From Eledone cirrhosa (taxonomy: Eukaryota): a stretch of 64,000 nucleotides of DNA. The position numbers were made by a program, and so were the translations under genes. Below are positions 26,227-39,822 of this stretch, piece by piece. Where the stretch lies: assembly GCA_964016885.1 (NCBI GenBank), contig OZ024740.1:242234001-242298000 (forward strand), written 5' to 3'. The notes beneath the pieces are model-generated. The model was given only the letters and a program-made list of their open reading frames with translations. It ran no database searches and was not told the origin of the DNA. Each line of letters begins with the position of its first letter. Position 1 is the stretch's first letter.

Positions 26227-26814
26227 TGTTTTGTCTGTCAGGTTCAGTAGTAGTGGCCTTCACAAGATATTGGGTGACTGAATACGAGCTGATGTAAACG
26301 TTCAATGTACCGGCTATGAAAAGATGTTGAGAGATTGGTAGGCTGGCTGTTACAATCAAGGTCGAATGCTTGAAAACGTTATCACACTAATTGCAATGCT
26401 ATTTAAACTCAAATTCTTTCCTCGTCGATTCAATGTTTTTCATATGTTCGAAATCCCTGTTGAGGATTGGTAAATACCTCTTTAAAAAATACGTATATCC
26501 TGGCAAACAAAAAAAAAAAGAAAATAAAAAAAAACACAACAAGCAATATTGAAAGATGATGACACATGCTTCCAAAATTCATGAGTGGGTCGAAAGCTAA
26601 AGTTTCGGATCCTGGAAGAAAGCTGGCACTACTCCCACTACAGTGAGTTGACTGTAAAACAGCAGACGAAATAAGCGTACAGGGATAATCTTACAGGGAA
26701 ATTTATATATTGAACATAGCGAGATAGTGAATGTATTCCACAACTTGCAGAAGTGGACTTACTAGTGTTACCTACAAGCACTTCTAATAGAATGGACTCT
26801 ATGAAAATACACTC

Positions 26815-27025
26815 TTGACAGGTGCAATGTGTCCGAACACGAAAGAGCCGAACACTCCCACCGTCATCGCCCTCCCCATCTCCCTCGCCCTCCCCATCTC
26901 TCTCTATAGTGAGCAAATGGTGTCCCACGTGCTGACCGCCCCACAGTCCCGGCGGACAGAATGGAGTAGGCGTTTCCGCGGAGGATGGTAAGGGAGATGC
27001 GCTGGAATAGCCATTCCATATGTTG
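26815..27025 (-). mobile_element. CRE-like LINE 3' end
   Basis: Reverse complement of the 13920-14120 tail. Confidence 0.7.
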
Positions 27026-27576
27026 CTTTGCATTCAACATGAGTTTTCTTTAGATGGTAGATGGTGACAGTCTTTTCTTCCCTAATATCTAGGATGAAAT
27101 GGATTGTCCTTGAGAGAAACAAGACAAGAACTTTCCTAGGTAATGTCAGTGTTGTGCTGTACAATATTTCGGCTGGTGTAGAACCGATTCCTTCTTTGAT
27201 GGTAGAACGAATCCCATAAAGGATAAAAGGCAGTATTCTAATCAGTTAGTTTTGTTTTGTAGGTATGAAGGTTTATATCAATTGTCGATAGAATTATTCA
27301 ACTATGTTCTTGATTACAGGATAGAAGCAGTTGTGTGCGCCCGCTTACAATATAGGAGTGTTAATTTTGTGAATAGATATAATTCGAATTGATGAGCGTT
27401 ATCTGTAGTGATTGTAGCGAGTGTGCCAAGACATGAAGTTCAGTGTTGCACTAGAGACTTGGTAATTGTTTCTACGGTGATATAAAGCAGAGGGGTGGCT
27501 TCAGCCAGCCCTCAGAGAAAATCATTCAAAAGGAGTGTGAAATGTTGAGATGTGGGGAGCGCTCCTATGATACATA

Positions 27577-27686
<110 letters not shown>

Positions 27687-27755
27687 TATGAAGAGAGAAG
27701 AAACATTTAGATATAATTAGTAATAAAATGTATCATACCTAAACTGCTCCTAGAT

Positions 27756-27845
27756 TCCTCGACTACGTAGTTTCGTGGCATAACCAAAAACAATACATCA
27801 TAAAGATATAGAGTTTTTGCGAGGTCTGCCGACTTATCAAGAGGA
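27756..27845 (-). ncRNA. Type I hammerhead ribozyme, U3-A8 core
   Basis: Minus strand: tcctc-TTGATAA-gt(c)ggca..tgccac-GAAAC-tacgta-GTC-gagga; palindromic ACTACGTAGT. Confidence 0.88.
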
Positions 27846-28348
27846 TACCTCGTTTTACTAGCTTCAAGAACGCGTCTATATGATGTGAGAAAGAATCCCA
27901 AAAGGCGGAGGGGGAGATAGTCACGTGATACAACGGTCAAGAAACGGAGCTAAGCCTCTTATAACCCCGAAGAAAATACCACGGAGGCGGAGGGGGTATT
28001 TATATCGAAGCCGTAGAAGAGGTGGTGAAGGAGGCGAGAAGTATGAGTAATGGCAGCTTTCCAGCAGTCACCACACTTCAAAGATTACTCGACCAGAGGG
28101 AGTTATGAACAATATATTTAGAAACACACAGATACATGCGGACACACACATATACATGAATGCATCCACATCCAACCGTGAGTTAATGGTGCCAACCTTA
28201 CCGATGTTGCTCTATGAATGACTGGGACAGACCAATCCGGTTGAATTAGACTGAACCAGTATCAGAGCTAAAAGTACATTATGAAGAGAGAAGAAACATT
28301 TAGATATAATTAGTAATAAAATGTATCATACCTAAACTGCTCCTAGAT

Positions 28349-28438
28349 TCCTCGACTACGTAGTTTCGTGGCATAAACAAAAACAATACATCATAAAGAT
28401 ATAGAGTTTTTGCGAGGTCTGCCGACTTATCAAGAGGA
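28349..28438 (-). ncRNA. Type I hammerhead ribozyme, U3-A8 core (second copy)
   Basis: Core and stems identical to 27756-27845. Confidence 0.88.
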
Positions 28439-28582
28439 TACCTCGTTTTACTAGCTTCAAGAACGCGTCTATATGATGTGAGAAAGAATCCCAAAAGGCG
28501 GAGGGGGAAATAGTCACGTGATACAACGGTCAAGAAACAGAGCTAAGCCTCTTATAACCCCGAAGGTCACTACATATATATA

Positions 28583-28670
<88 letters not shown>

Positions 28671-28728
28671 TATATGTATAAATATGTATATATATATATA
28701 TATATATAGATCACTACATATATATGTA

Positions 28729-29352
28729 TGTAGTGACCTACATGCCGCGGGCTCACATACATTCTCCGTGCGTGATTTGGCTCAGCTCAGCCAATCAGCG
28801 CCAGCAGAAGAGAATGTATCCCTACACGCCCTGAGGGAGAAATTTCCGCGTGGATTTGAGAAATCACTCTCTTGCATCCTGAAGATGCTAATGTAAAGAC
28901 CACTTGGTCTCTTGCTGCTTGAACGCCGAAGGACCAACACGAACAATATGTAACGGTGATATTTGCACTTTGGCCTGCCGGCCTGCCTCGGGCCTGACAC
29001 AATGCCACATTCCTTTTGTAACCCTTTTATGCTTAACTTCAACCATACAAATTAACAAACATTACTTTGTACCACAAAATAAACATACATTTCATCTTAC
29101 GAACATTCTTCTTGTTGACGTTATTATCATGTTACTCGTTGTCGATATGACTAACACATCTTACTACCAAACTGATTACTCGTGGCGCTACAACTATTAC
29201 ATTACTACAGCTAAATAACTCTGCTAAACGGTGATTAATAAAACTGCTTCAATCCAACATATATCTTCCTGTTAAAATTGGTGACCTTCAACGCAGGAGT
29301 ATTTCGGCATGAAATGCTTCTTCACAACATCAAACAAGTATTCCTGTTAAAA
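28729..29352 (+). repeat. Gypsy 5' LTR region
   Basis: Starts TGTAGTGACC; AATAAA ~29237; precedes the PBS; homologous to 45068-45605. The exact 3' end is ambiguous (29277 or 29352). Confidence 0.75.
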
Positions 29353-29353
29353 C

Positions 29354-29385
29354 TGGTGACCCCGACGTGATTCGAACACGCAACC
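29354..29385 (+). promoter_or_regulatory. Primer-binding site complementary to tRNA-Trp
   Basis: TGGTGACCCCGACGTGATTCGAACACGCAACC is the reverse complement of the metazoan tRNA-Trp 3' end (GGTTGCGTGTTCGAATCACGTCGGGGTCA-CCA). Confidence 0.88.
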
Positions 29386-29389
29386 AGAT

Positions 29390-32300
29390 AGCAGCCTAAG
29401 AAGATACCAACATGGACATGTCACAACCAGCGACAGAGGCCGAGATTTCAGAGCTGCGGGCTATGATCAGAGAATTAAAGCCCTCTCAAATCAAGTAGAG
29501 AACCTGACCTTTCAAACACACCGGCGGCGCAGCAACAGTCGATCCAGGCCTTTTCACCGTCGAAGATCCAGAAGTCCCAGTCAAAATCGTGTGTCTGGCA
29601 ACCTTTGTTGGTATCACGCAGAATTCGGCGCACAGGCATCTAAGTGCAAGGCCCCGGGCTCTTTCCAGAATACCACCCAGGGCCTAGCGACGACGTTCAC
29701 CCCTGGTACTGAGAAGAAAATTCGTCTGTTTTTTATCAACGACCAAGCGACAGGCATCCGTTACCTCGTGGATACAGGAGCCCAGGTTAGTGTTATTCCT
29801 GTTTCACTAGTCTCGGGCAAAAGACATCCAACACCGTCCTTTCTGCAGGCAGTGAACCAATCGTCAATTCCGACTTTCGGGGAGAAATCACTGACCCTCA
29901 ATTTAGGCCTGAGGCGTCGTTTTCAATGGGTGTTCGTCGTGGCAGACCTGCCGACCCCTATCTTAGGAGCCGATTTTCTCCACCACTTCAACCTTCTAGT
30001 AGACATGAAGAACCGGAGGCTTATTGACACCACCACAAACCTCACTGTGAGAGGTATATTTACCACGCAATCCACAGTGAGCCCTGTAATTTGCCAGTCA
30101 GAGCCTTCGCGGTACAACGGCATTCTCCAGAAATATCCAGACACCACTCGCCCGGTATTTAAGGATGGTCCTATTAAGCATAGCGTCACACACCACATCG
30201 AGACAAGAGGACCACCCACAGCTGCCCGACCAAGGAGACTGCCTCCAGCCCGATTGGGAATCGCCAAACAGGCGTTTCAACACATGCTGGACCTTGGGAT
30301 CATTCGCCCTTCCTCCAGCAACTGGTCTGCACCCATACACCTTGTTCCTAAAAAAAACGACAATGATTGGCGACCATGTGGGGATTATCGTGCACTCAAC
30401 AATTCCACACCACCCGATAATTACCCTGTACCTCACTTGCACGACTTTTCTGTCTCTCTGCAAGGCGCACGCATCTTTTCCAAGATAGATTTGGTACGAG
30501 CATATAACCAGATACCTATGGAGCCTGCTGATGATCCGAAGACCGCAATCACAACACCGTTCGGTTTATTTGAATTCCTGCGAATGCCGTTCGGTCTGCG
30601 CAACGCTGCACAAACTTTTCAGCGGTTTATTGACACCGTGTTACGTGATCTACCCTTTGTATACGCGTATATTGACGACGTGCTGGTAGCAAGTACTTCC
30701 GAGCAAGAACACGAGAAGCACTTGAATCTTCTTTTCTAACGTTTGGCCGAGTACGGTATTATCATCAACCCCAGCAAGTGCCTTCTCGGCGTTCCTTCAC
30801 TGTCCTTTCTCGGGCACATCATTGATAAAGACGGCATTCATCCACTTCCTGAGAAAGTAGAAGCTATCCGCAATTTTCCCGCACCTACATCACTTCGGAA
30901 ACTGCGTGAAATCCTCGGTTTGGTGAATTTTTATAGGCGTTTCATCCCTCATTGTGCCGACGCACCCAGACTCCTCACGGACCTTCTTCGCAACCGGACC
31001 CGAAAAAACGAAGACATCACTCTGAACGAAGAAGAATTAACATCTTTTAACCGCCTGAAGGAAATGTTGGCAAACGCTTCCATGCTCGTTTTCCCCAGAT
31101 CTGGCGTTCCTCTTTCGCTGCTAGTGGACGCATCAGACACGGGGATTGGAGGCGTTTAACAACATGTCGACGGCGTTTGGAAACCCTTATCCTTCTTTTC
31201 TAAGCGGTTGCAACCTGCAGAAACGAAATACAGTACATTTGGCCGCGAACTCTTGGCAACCTACCTTTCGGTTAAACATTTTCGTCACATGTTCGAAGGG
31301 TGGGATTTCGTGATCTACACGGACCATAAACCACTAGTTTATGCGTTCCGTACCAAACCTGATCGACATTCACCGAGAGAACTCCGCCACCTGGATTTTG
31401 TCTCCCAATATTCAACTGATATTCGGCATATCAAGGGATCAGACAACGTAGCAGCCGACGCCCTGTCCCGAACCCAGCTGAACGCAATACATGTGCATTC
31501 AGGCATCGACCTTCAACAGATCGCAGCTGACCAAGAGACTGACGAAGAGTTTATCAAGCTCCGAGATTCGCCATCCCTCAAATTTCAGCAAGTTCCCATT
31601 CCTTCTTCGGGACAAATTTGGTGCGACCTTTCTACCGGTCATGAACGACCGTACGTACCACAGATGCATCGTCGACAAGTTCTTCTGCTTTACACTGCTT
31701 GTCTCACCCGGGAATCCGGGCTACACAGAAACTCATCTCTGCTCGTTTTGTGTGGACTAACATTAACAAAGACGTGCGTGACTGGTCCAGGAGCTGCATT
31801 GCCTGCCAGAAAGCAAAAGTTCACAGACACATCAAAATACCACTCGGCACATTCGCGCAACCTGATGCACGTTTTCATCATGTGCATATCGACATTGTCG
31901 GACCTCTACCATAATCACAGAACTGCACACACTTGCTCACCTGCATAGATCGATTTTCCCGTTGGCCTGAGGCTTTTCTCATAAGTGATACCTCAGCGGA
32001 AACAGTCGCTAAAACTTTGGTTTTACACTGGGCATCACGTTATCGCGCCCCAGCGAAGATAACAACGTACAGAGGGCGCTAGTTTGACTCCCACCTCTTC
32101 GGGGAACTGACTCGCCTGTTAGGATGTAAATACATCCACACGACAGCTTATCACCCGCAAGCTAATGGTCTCGTGGAAAGATTCCATCGCCAATTTAAAG
32201 CTTCAATAAAAGCATATCCAGAGAAGACCCACTGGTTTGAATACCTGCCACTCATCATTCTGGGTATTCGATCCACCGTTAAGGAGGAATTCGGAAACAC

Positions 32301-32787
32301 ACCTGCAGAATTAGTGTACAGCACCTCCCCGGTTCTACCTGGTCAGATGGTTGCTCCCATCTCTCCTCAGGACGTTCCAGACCCAGGATCATACGTACAC
32401 CGTCTTCGACAATATATATCTCACCTTGCTCCTGCAAGCACCCGTCAACAGAACACGGCCACACACGTCCCTTCAGACATTAAAGATTGGACACACGTTT
32501 TCGTTCGAAACGACACCATCTCAGCTCATCTTCGACCTCCATATTCTGGCCCTCATCGTGTTCTAAAAAAATATACGAAATATTTTATTCTCGATCTAGA
32601 TGGTAAACAGAATTCTGTCAGCGTGGACAGATTGAAAAAAGCTATCATGGATACTGTTACAGTCTCTACACCAGAATCTCCAACAGATTGCTGTCCCAGC
32701 AAGCCACCTGTTTCATCTCCAGTCACGAGAAGTGAACGACGTGTCCATTGGCCCGCCAAGTTGGCACAATGTGTGAATTACCGTTAA
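29390..32787 (+). mobile_element. Ty3/Gypsy gag remnant and pol (PR-RT-RH-IN), pseudogenised
   Basis: CWYH..FG..A.KC knuckle; [11 protein letters not shown]; [25 protein letters not shown]; VDASDTGIG, RELLA, YTDHKPL, ADALSR; HPGI..CIAC, HIDIVGP, YHPQANGLVERFH, PYSGPH. A few stops and one frameshift. Confidence 0.96.
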
Positions 32788-34756
32788 CCTCAAGTGAATT
32801 TCTTAATCATTCTTCTTGCAAAACATTCCCATTTTCCTTGTGTTTACTATTTCCAGTTTCAAATACAATGAACTTTCTGCTTGAACAATTGCAATTTTTA
32901 GTGACCATGTGCTCATGTCACGAAGAACATTATTTATTATGAACATTATCTATTACAAACGCTATTTAAGAACAAACATTGTGTATAGCATTGTGTATAG
33001 CATTTACTTTTTCTTCTCTCTCTTGTTTTGCAAACATTTTTATTTTTCTTGTTCTGCAATATTAATTGTGTAATTGCCATAATTTGTATATACATACAAG
33101 GCGTGTATATATTCTGTTTTTCATACACACTACAAAACCACGTTTGTTTCACCTTTTGGTTCATACACTGAGCAATAGATATTTGTGTCCCTCTAACTCT
33201 TACACTACAAAATGTTTTCTCTTTGATCACGCATTTCACAAATCGCATCCTCAAAACACTGGCCTTCTTTTTTCACGTACACATTCACTCAATAGCTCGA
33301 GAATGCCTCGCTATTTTTTACCACATGCATTCGCTCAAACTGTTACTTTTAGGCAGCATGCTTACAGCCATTCAGTTCACACATTACGGTTATCTTCACT
33401 GCCCAGTTAGACTTTTTGTCACACAATTCACAGGCAGCTCAACCCAAATTGCAACAGGCTCATTCATCACGCCTGCATAAATCTGGTCAAAGTCATTTTA
33501 TATTTTGTTTTTTTTTCCTTTCCTGACACACACATCTTGCCATATCATCTCTACACCGACTCTGTCCTATACTCGATGATCAGCAAACTTCACAACGTGC
33601 TGGACACTCTTTGGGATATTATCATGACAAATGCACCACTGGCTCATTACTATACGATATTTCGCTCTTTTGTTGTACAAAAGATCTGGCAAGCAGCTAA
33701 TGTACAGCCACCGGAAATAACATCTGTGAAATAAACAGCTCCATCTATCTGGACCCGCAGGTTCGACGGACACGTCTAATGATTTCGGAGCATATTCTCT
33801 CACTGGGGTATCTGACCCTCTGGGCCAGTACCGTCAAAAACTTCATCCTCTTCGCGTGTCCTGTGATTGGCCGCTGGTTGTCTACGTCATCATAATTCTG
33901 ACCACAGGTACCAGTCCGCTGAGCATCATGGCGTTGTCTGACCCATGTCTGCTACACTTCAATAAATTACTGCTGTGTTTGATCGTTCACACATCCACCT
34001 TCTGATCTAGTCTTTGTCATTTTTGCCACTATTACAGTATTTTTTACTCCTCAGATCTGGCTGTTCTCGTAACCCTTTCACTCAGGCATTCTTTACTCAT
34101 ATTGTAGGCCCCGCACTAAACACTAAACTCAGTACTTCCTTCCAAGAACATCAGCACTCTCAAAGTTCCTCCCTGTCCACGATATCTTTCTGCAGTCATC
34201 AATTTTCAACTGTTCAAGATGAACACCAAGCCGATCTGGTGGGCACAGGGCAAGGTAGGAACATAGTGCCCCAGTAACCTTTCTTGGGCAATTTCCTGGT
34301 TCACAAAATTTAATCTTAATGTAAACCCGTACATTTCGCATTTCATCCGTATTCATGATTTAACTTTCGTATTTATCTCACGTTTGTTACTGAAATATCT
34401 TCCTTGGGTTTGAATTTAGGTTTCCTGTTTCTTTTACTCATTGACTAGGTTACTTGAGGTTTTCCAACCATCCTAGAATGCTATTTTGAACTTTTCAAAA
34501 TGCTTCAAATTGCTGTAACGCTGCATGTAAGCAGTAAAGGTTGTGAACACAGGTTTACCATGCTGTGGATGATCAAGATTTATTTATGAAATTCAATGGC
34601 AGACAACAGACAGGAAACATTTTAATTCATGTACCAACAACATTTTTGTGGCTCACTACTTTAAGTATGTCAGCACAGAATTATCTATTAATGGGCAGGC
34701 TTGAAGCAGATTGATACAGTAAGGAAGTATTTATACTGTACTAGCACGCCCTAGAC

Positions 34757-35050
34757 CAGTTTCCCAAACCTAAGTTTTACTCACGTAAGTGAAGAAAAAT
34801 AATTTGGTGCATTTTGTTTGTAAAGTAAAACGTAATGTATCATAAATGTCATTTTTATATTTTGAAATTTAAATATAATTTAAACTAGACAAAAATTGTT
34901 CAATATTTATTTCTTCGTTTACTCAATAAATAAAACATATTTATCATATATAGAATTTTAATTTATATTTTTTACCTTTTTTAATATCATTTAATTAGTT
35001 TTGTGATGCATGTAGTTACATTTCATGATCCATAAGTGTGTGAACCGCTT
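34757..35050. mobile_element. Possible hAT-type MITE
   Basis: CAGTTTCCCAAACC left end, degenerate GTGTGAACCGCT right end, AT-rich interior; no clear TSD. Confidence 0.3.
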
Positions 35051-35369
35051 CTCAAGGCAAACATGATTAAACGATCAACAATTTCGGTTCAAATAAAGGT
35101 CAAGGAATCTCTCAGAATATGCACCTAAATATAATCGGAATTCTGAGTAGCGAGGCACCACTGCACCTTACTCGATCAACTGTAAATATATACGGGCGTT
35201 TACTATATGATATAAATCTGCAACTACTTTAGAAGCATTGAAGCCTTATAAAAGTTACACTTTAAAGAATCTTAATTAATTCAGACATCTACAGTAACTA
35301 CAGTGTTGACTTTATCATATATACACTGTAGTAGGTAAGAGCACTCAGTCCATAGGACGAGTCAAGTAT

Positions 35370-37448
35370 GATTAGTTACAAAAGTGACAGATACAGGTAC
35401 TTAAATTTCTTTGAGTTATATACCCCAACTCATTCAACCTGTTATGTAAACAAAGAGGGCTACCCTATGGAAGTTTTCAGAATGTATAAGAAGGTTCTAA
35501 GTGTAGATAACCTCTAAAATCGCTATAAAAGGACAATTCCCTGAAACAATGTAAAGGGAGGTAACTATAAAAACCCAAAAGGTAAGCAACTTATGTTGTC
35601 TAAGGAGCCCAAGAATTAAGTTGAAAAGTTTAAGAAAATAAATTCAGTTAATATTGTCTATACCATTTTTCCAGAATGACTTTTTCTTCATGAGGACAGC
35701 GACTAAAGCAATGGAGGCGGATATTTCCCTTGGTCTATGAAGCAAGTTGCGAGAGTATATTCCACTTCTCCGAGTTCACAGCTGGCAAAAATTTGTCTCA
35801 TTGGTATAGGTAGTGGATTTTTCCAGTATCCTCTAGCTTCACTCAATTTGATATGGTTGATTTTTACACTTCGCCATCCATTTCGCTAGCAATTTCACCA
35901 ATATATACGAGTTGGACTGGTTAGTAATATCCCACTGCAGGAAAACCGTCCCCTTTAATAGTGAGAACCTCTGGATAAAGAAATCCACTAATAATGACCC
36001 CTTCGATGTGCCGATGGAATCATTTGACAGAAGTGATATATGCGATTTGGTGGGCCCTTTTATATTAAATACGTACGTCAGAAATGCCCTGACTTTCATG
36101 CGGCCCTTTATCGTGATGATGGACTGGCACTATCGAGCCATAAAAGTGGCCATGACCTCGACATTTTTAGAAAAAACCTGATCACTACGTTCAACAAACT
36201 AGGACTATAAATTACAATATCTACCAACCTCACCAGTGTTAACGTCCTAGGCGTTAATTTAGACCTACGTACACACACATAGAGACCATTCCACAGACCC
36301 AGTGAAAAACTTAGGTACATTCATTAGGACTCTAGCCACACACCTATAGTTTTGAAAAATCACATGATTAGCATCAGTAAATGGGTATCCTACCTCTCCT
36401 TTAGCAATGCCATCTTTGATAAGGCCGCACCATACTACAACTCGGCTCTAAGTAACAACAGCTTCTCCAAAATAATCACTTACTCTCCAGACTACTACCC
36501 TATATCTAGCAACAAAAAATCTAGATAAAACCATTGTGTGGTTTGCGTCACCATTCGTGCTTAATGTGAAGACCAATCTAGGTAGAAATTCCTAGCCTTC
36601 CTAGATTTTCACTTCTCTGTAGGCTATAAATACAAACAAATATTCAATCACCATACTCTGATAATAGGCTACATTTATACCAGTAACATAAAATCCCACA
36701 TCAGCAACAAAGGAAAAAGCCTTCCATCTTACGGTTGCTTATACAGAAGGCCAGAGGCATGTCCCTTACCCCTCCGGATCAACAGTGCAACACTCCAGCG
36801 GTGATATATGAAGCAGATCCACAAAGGTGAAGCCTGGACTTAAGTAGGAATGTCTGAAAGCCGGTTTAAAAGCCGTTTACTGATTCACTCAACAACCTTC
36901 AGACATCCTGACGAAAAACATACCAACCAGCTCACGAACCATGTGTGGCACCTCAAAATGACGGCACAGAGTCCCCCAGTAAATGGAGGATACTGGAACA
37001 ATCCATCCCCTATACCAATGGGATGTAATTTTACTAGCTGTGTAACTCGGAGAAGTGAAATATACTTTCACAACTTGCTTCAGAGAAACACTGCTTAAAT
37101 ACCCGCCTTGATTCCTTTAGCCGCTGTCCTCGTGAAGCAAAATTCATTCTGAAATGGTATAGACCGGATTAACTGAATTTCTTTACTTCGACTTTTAACT
37201 AACTCTTGAGCTCCTTATACGATGCATGTTGCCTCCTTTTGGGGATTTTTATAGTTACCTCCCTTTACATTGTTTAAGGGATTTGTCCTTTTATAGCTAT
37301 TTTATGGATTACCTACACTTAGAACTCACTTACTCTTTCTAAAATCTTCCATGGGGTACCCATTTTTGTTTGAATAACAGGCTGAATGAGTTGGGGTATA
37401 TAACACAACGATACTTAAGTACCTGTATATGTCACTTCTATAACTAAT
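35370..37448 (+). mobile_element. Second Penelope-like element, heavily decayed, with inverted terminal segments
   Basis: FDVPMESFDRSDICDLVG, LYRDDGLAL, VNVLGVNLDL, GIY-YIG remnant (VIYEA..VGMSESRFKSR..H); 35370-35630 inverted versus 37191-37448. Confidence 0.88.
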
Positions 37449-37551
37449 CTCTCTCAATATATATATAAATGTGAAATTGGCTGGGACTACTAGATTCTAT
37501 ATCATGTGCTAACAGCTAACACACTCTGTATGGAATTATCTTATGATTAGG

Positions 37552-37683
37552 ATATCCGTGCTGATGAGTGTAACAGCCCGGTAACGTAAATGCCTGCACA
37601 TATTGCGTGATTTTATAAACAATGAGGATCTATATCTGCATTTGTGAAGATATTTTGCACAGAAACGATTTCGTCTGGGGTAT
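37552..37683 (+). ncRNA. Hammerhead candidate with long stem II
   Basis: CTGATGA 37561-37567, gtgtaa/ttgcac, GAAAC-gatttc-GTC 37662-37675; stem I wobble-rich. Confidence 0.55.
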
Positions 37684-38267
37684 GAGAATTTTTACCTTTC
37701 TCTCTACTTAAACACTGCCACCGTATCTGCTATTAACTAAATGTGTGCGCTCTGAACGGCTGATTGCAACTGCATTACTGCGATTCGCCAGATTCATTGA
37801 GTGAACTATATTCTGGTCGGGGTCTGTTGAATTAATACTAGCGATCTTCGTTAATTTTATAATATATACACATATAGATATACATATATATATTTATCTC
37901 AGCTCTGATATAAACCTAGGAATTTTAAACTAGACATATGATCATTATTTTTCACACATTATTGATACGTGTCTCATTCATGAATACTGATATTTACATT
38001 ATAATACCTAATTCATACGAATTGATATTTTTACATTGATGAAACATAATGTTTTAAATCTGCCTCGTTTATCTCTGGATATTTTTCTTTTCTCTCTATG
38101 TAACGGCTGTTTTCTCTCCTAACCACATATATCTCTCTCTACCTTAATACTAGAACTAAATAAATAAATAAATAAATAAATATATCATTGATACGTCATT
38201 CAACTGGTGCCCAACTACCTATTTTCTTTCTCTCTATCTCTATCTATATCTAGCTCTCTCTACTTTT

Positions 38268-38313
<46 letters not shown>

Positions 38314-38492
38314 CTCTATATCTATCTCTCTCTATTTAGTTGCATGCATTTCTTCTTTTTCTTCGCTTTTTTCTTTCTTTCTTTTTATAACTGTCCCTAA
38401 CTTTTTTCACTACCAAATCAACTTTTTAAATGGAAGTTGAAGTTGTAAGGTATGTCAAATCTATCTATTTATAAGACTGTTTATATTGTATT

Positions 38493-38547
38493 TTGTCTGA
38501 AGAAGGCATACCATATTTTTAATATGATATCCCTGAAATATGTATAA
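38493..38547 (+). ncRNA. Hammerhead candidate (variant core)
   Basis: ttg-t-CTGAAGA-agg..catatt/aatatg..cct-GAAAT-at-GTA-taa; same register as 12608-12662. Confidence 0.5.
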
Positions 38548-38680
38548 TGAAATAAATATGGTTTTATAAATATAGTTTCCATTTATTTAATATCGTAAAT
38601 ATACTCCAAATACTTGTTGAGTGCTTTTATATCAGTTATAAATATTTACTCGTTGTAACCCAACAATTTAAATAAAACTT

Positions 38681-38740
<60 letters not shown>

Positions 38741-38747
<7 letters not shown>

Positions 38748-39018
38748 ATACTTGGGGAGGGTCATATTTGTGTAATATTGCCAGAATTAATAACAGAACA
38801 CACTCACTGTTTGGTTGGTTTTCGCTTTTCGCTTCTGTGTCTTTTATATCTATTTTTGACCGTTGGTCAGTCAATGGCAACATTGAGGACCGAATAAATT
38901 AAATTACCGATATAAAAGACACAGAAGCGAAAAGCGAAAACCAACCAAACAGTGAGTGTGTTCTGTTATTAATTCTGGCAATATTACACAAATATGACCC
39001 TCCCCAAGTATAACAATA
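38741..39018. repeat. ~110-bp perfect inverted repeat between (TA)n tracts
   Basis: 38741-38850 is the reverse complement of 38909-39018. Confidence 0.9.
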
Positions 39019-39073
39019 TTTGTTTCGACACACGATTTCATATAAAAAACCTTGCAATACTAATTCATCGCCG

Positions 39074-39110
<37 letters not shown>

Positions 39111-39822
39111 CGTATGTATAGTATATTTGGCAATATACCGTATGTTTAATTAAAAACATTTTGAAGACCTTACGCTATCATTTTTAAAGTAGTGACTATG
39201 TCACTTACTTCTTTTCGGCGAAATAATGCAGAGAAGCTAACAGTCTGTTTCATGCTGTTGGCAATCATCAGAGCGACGTACTGCCCTCTTCCGCCGAAAA
39301 TTATAGAATTCCAGTTATATAATACCATGCCGTTTTGCAAATTCCAGTCGATTGATGCTACACACAACAGTCGTGATATCACTTACAACCTGACTGCGCA
39401 TGTCAATCATGTTAAGTAATGGGTTGAATTATCAACTGATCACTATCTACTTATCTGCAATTTGAAACTACCTAAAGCCAAAGAAGCCCACATAACTGGC
39501 AGGTTCAAGTCGACCTACAGGATAAAGTAGGAAACGTTGGTGGATAAGGGAGTCATAACCAGGTATGCGGATACTATTGCATAGAACTCCCCAGGTAATC
39601 TGAGAACATTGACACGGAATGGAGACTGTTCAGCCTGTTCTGCCCCAGCTGTTACACTCATGAATATAATGTTTGTAAACTTCTATAACTAAATAAAACC
39701 TATTAACAATATAATTCTAAGATAATACCGAGGACTGAACCAATATAGCTAACTATATTCACTTATCGTAAACGAAACAAAAGAGTAGATACATAATGTA
39801 ATCGTTATCCAAATATAAGGCA

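Noticed and set aside
27707-28533. Duplicated 77-aa ORFs
   Set aside because: They start at TTG and overlap the ribozyme repeats; chance ORFs in duplicated non-coding sequence.
29354-29385. tRNA-Trp gene
   Set aside because: Only the 3' 32 nt including CCA, in PBS position and orientation.
39170-39460. Minus-strand exon candidates with GTAAGT donors
   Set aside because: The best-bounded one has stops in all three frames and the other has no recognisable product.
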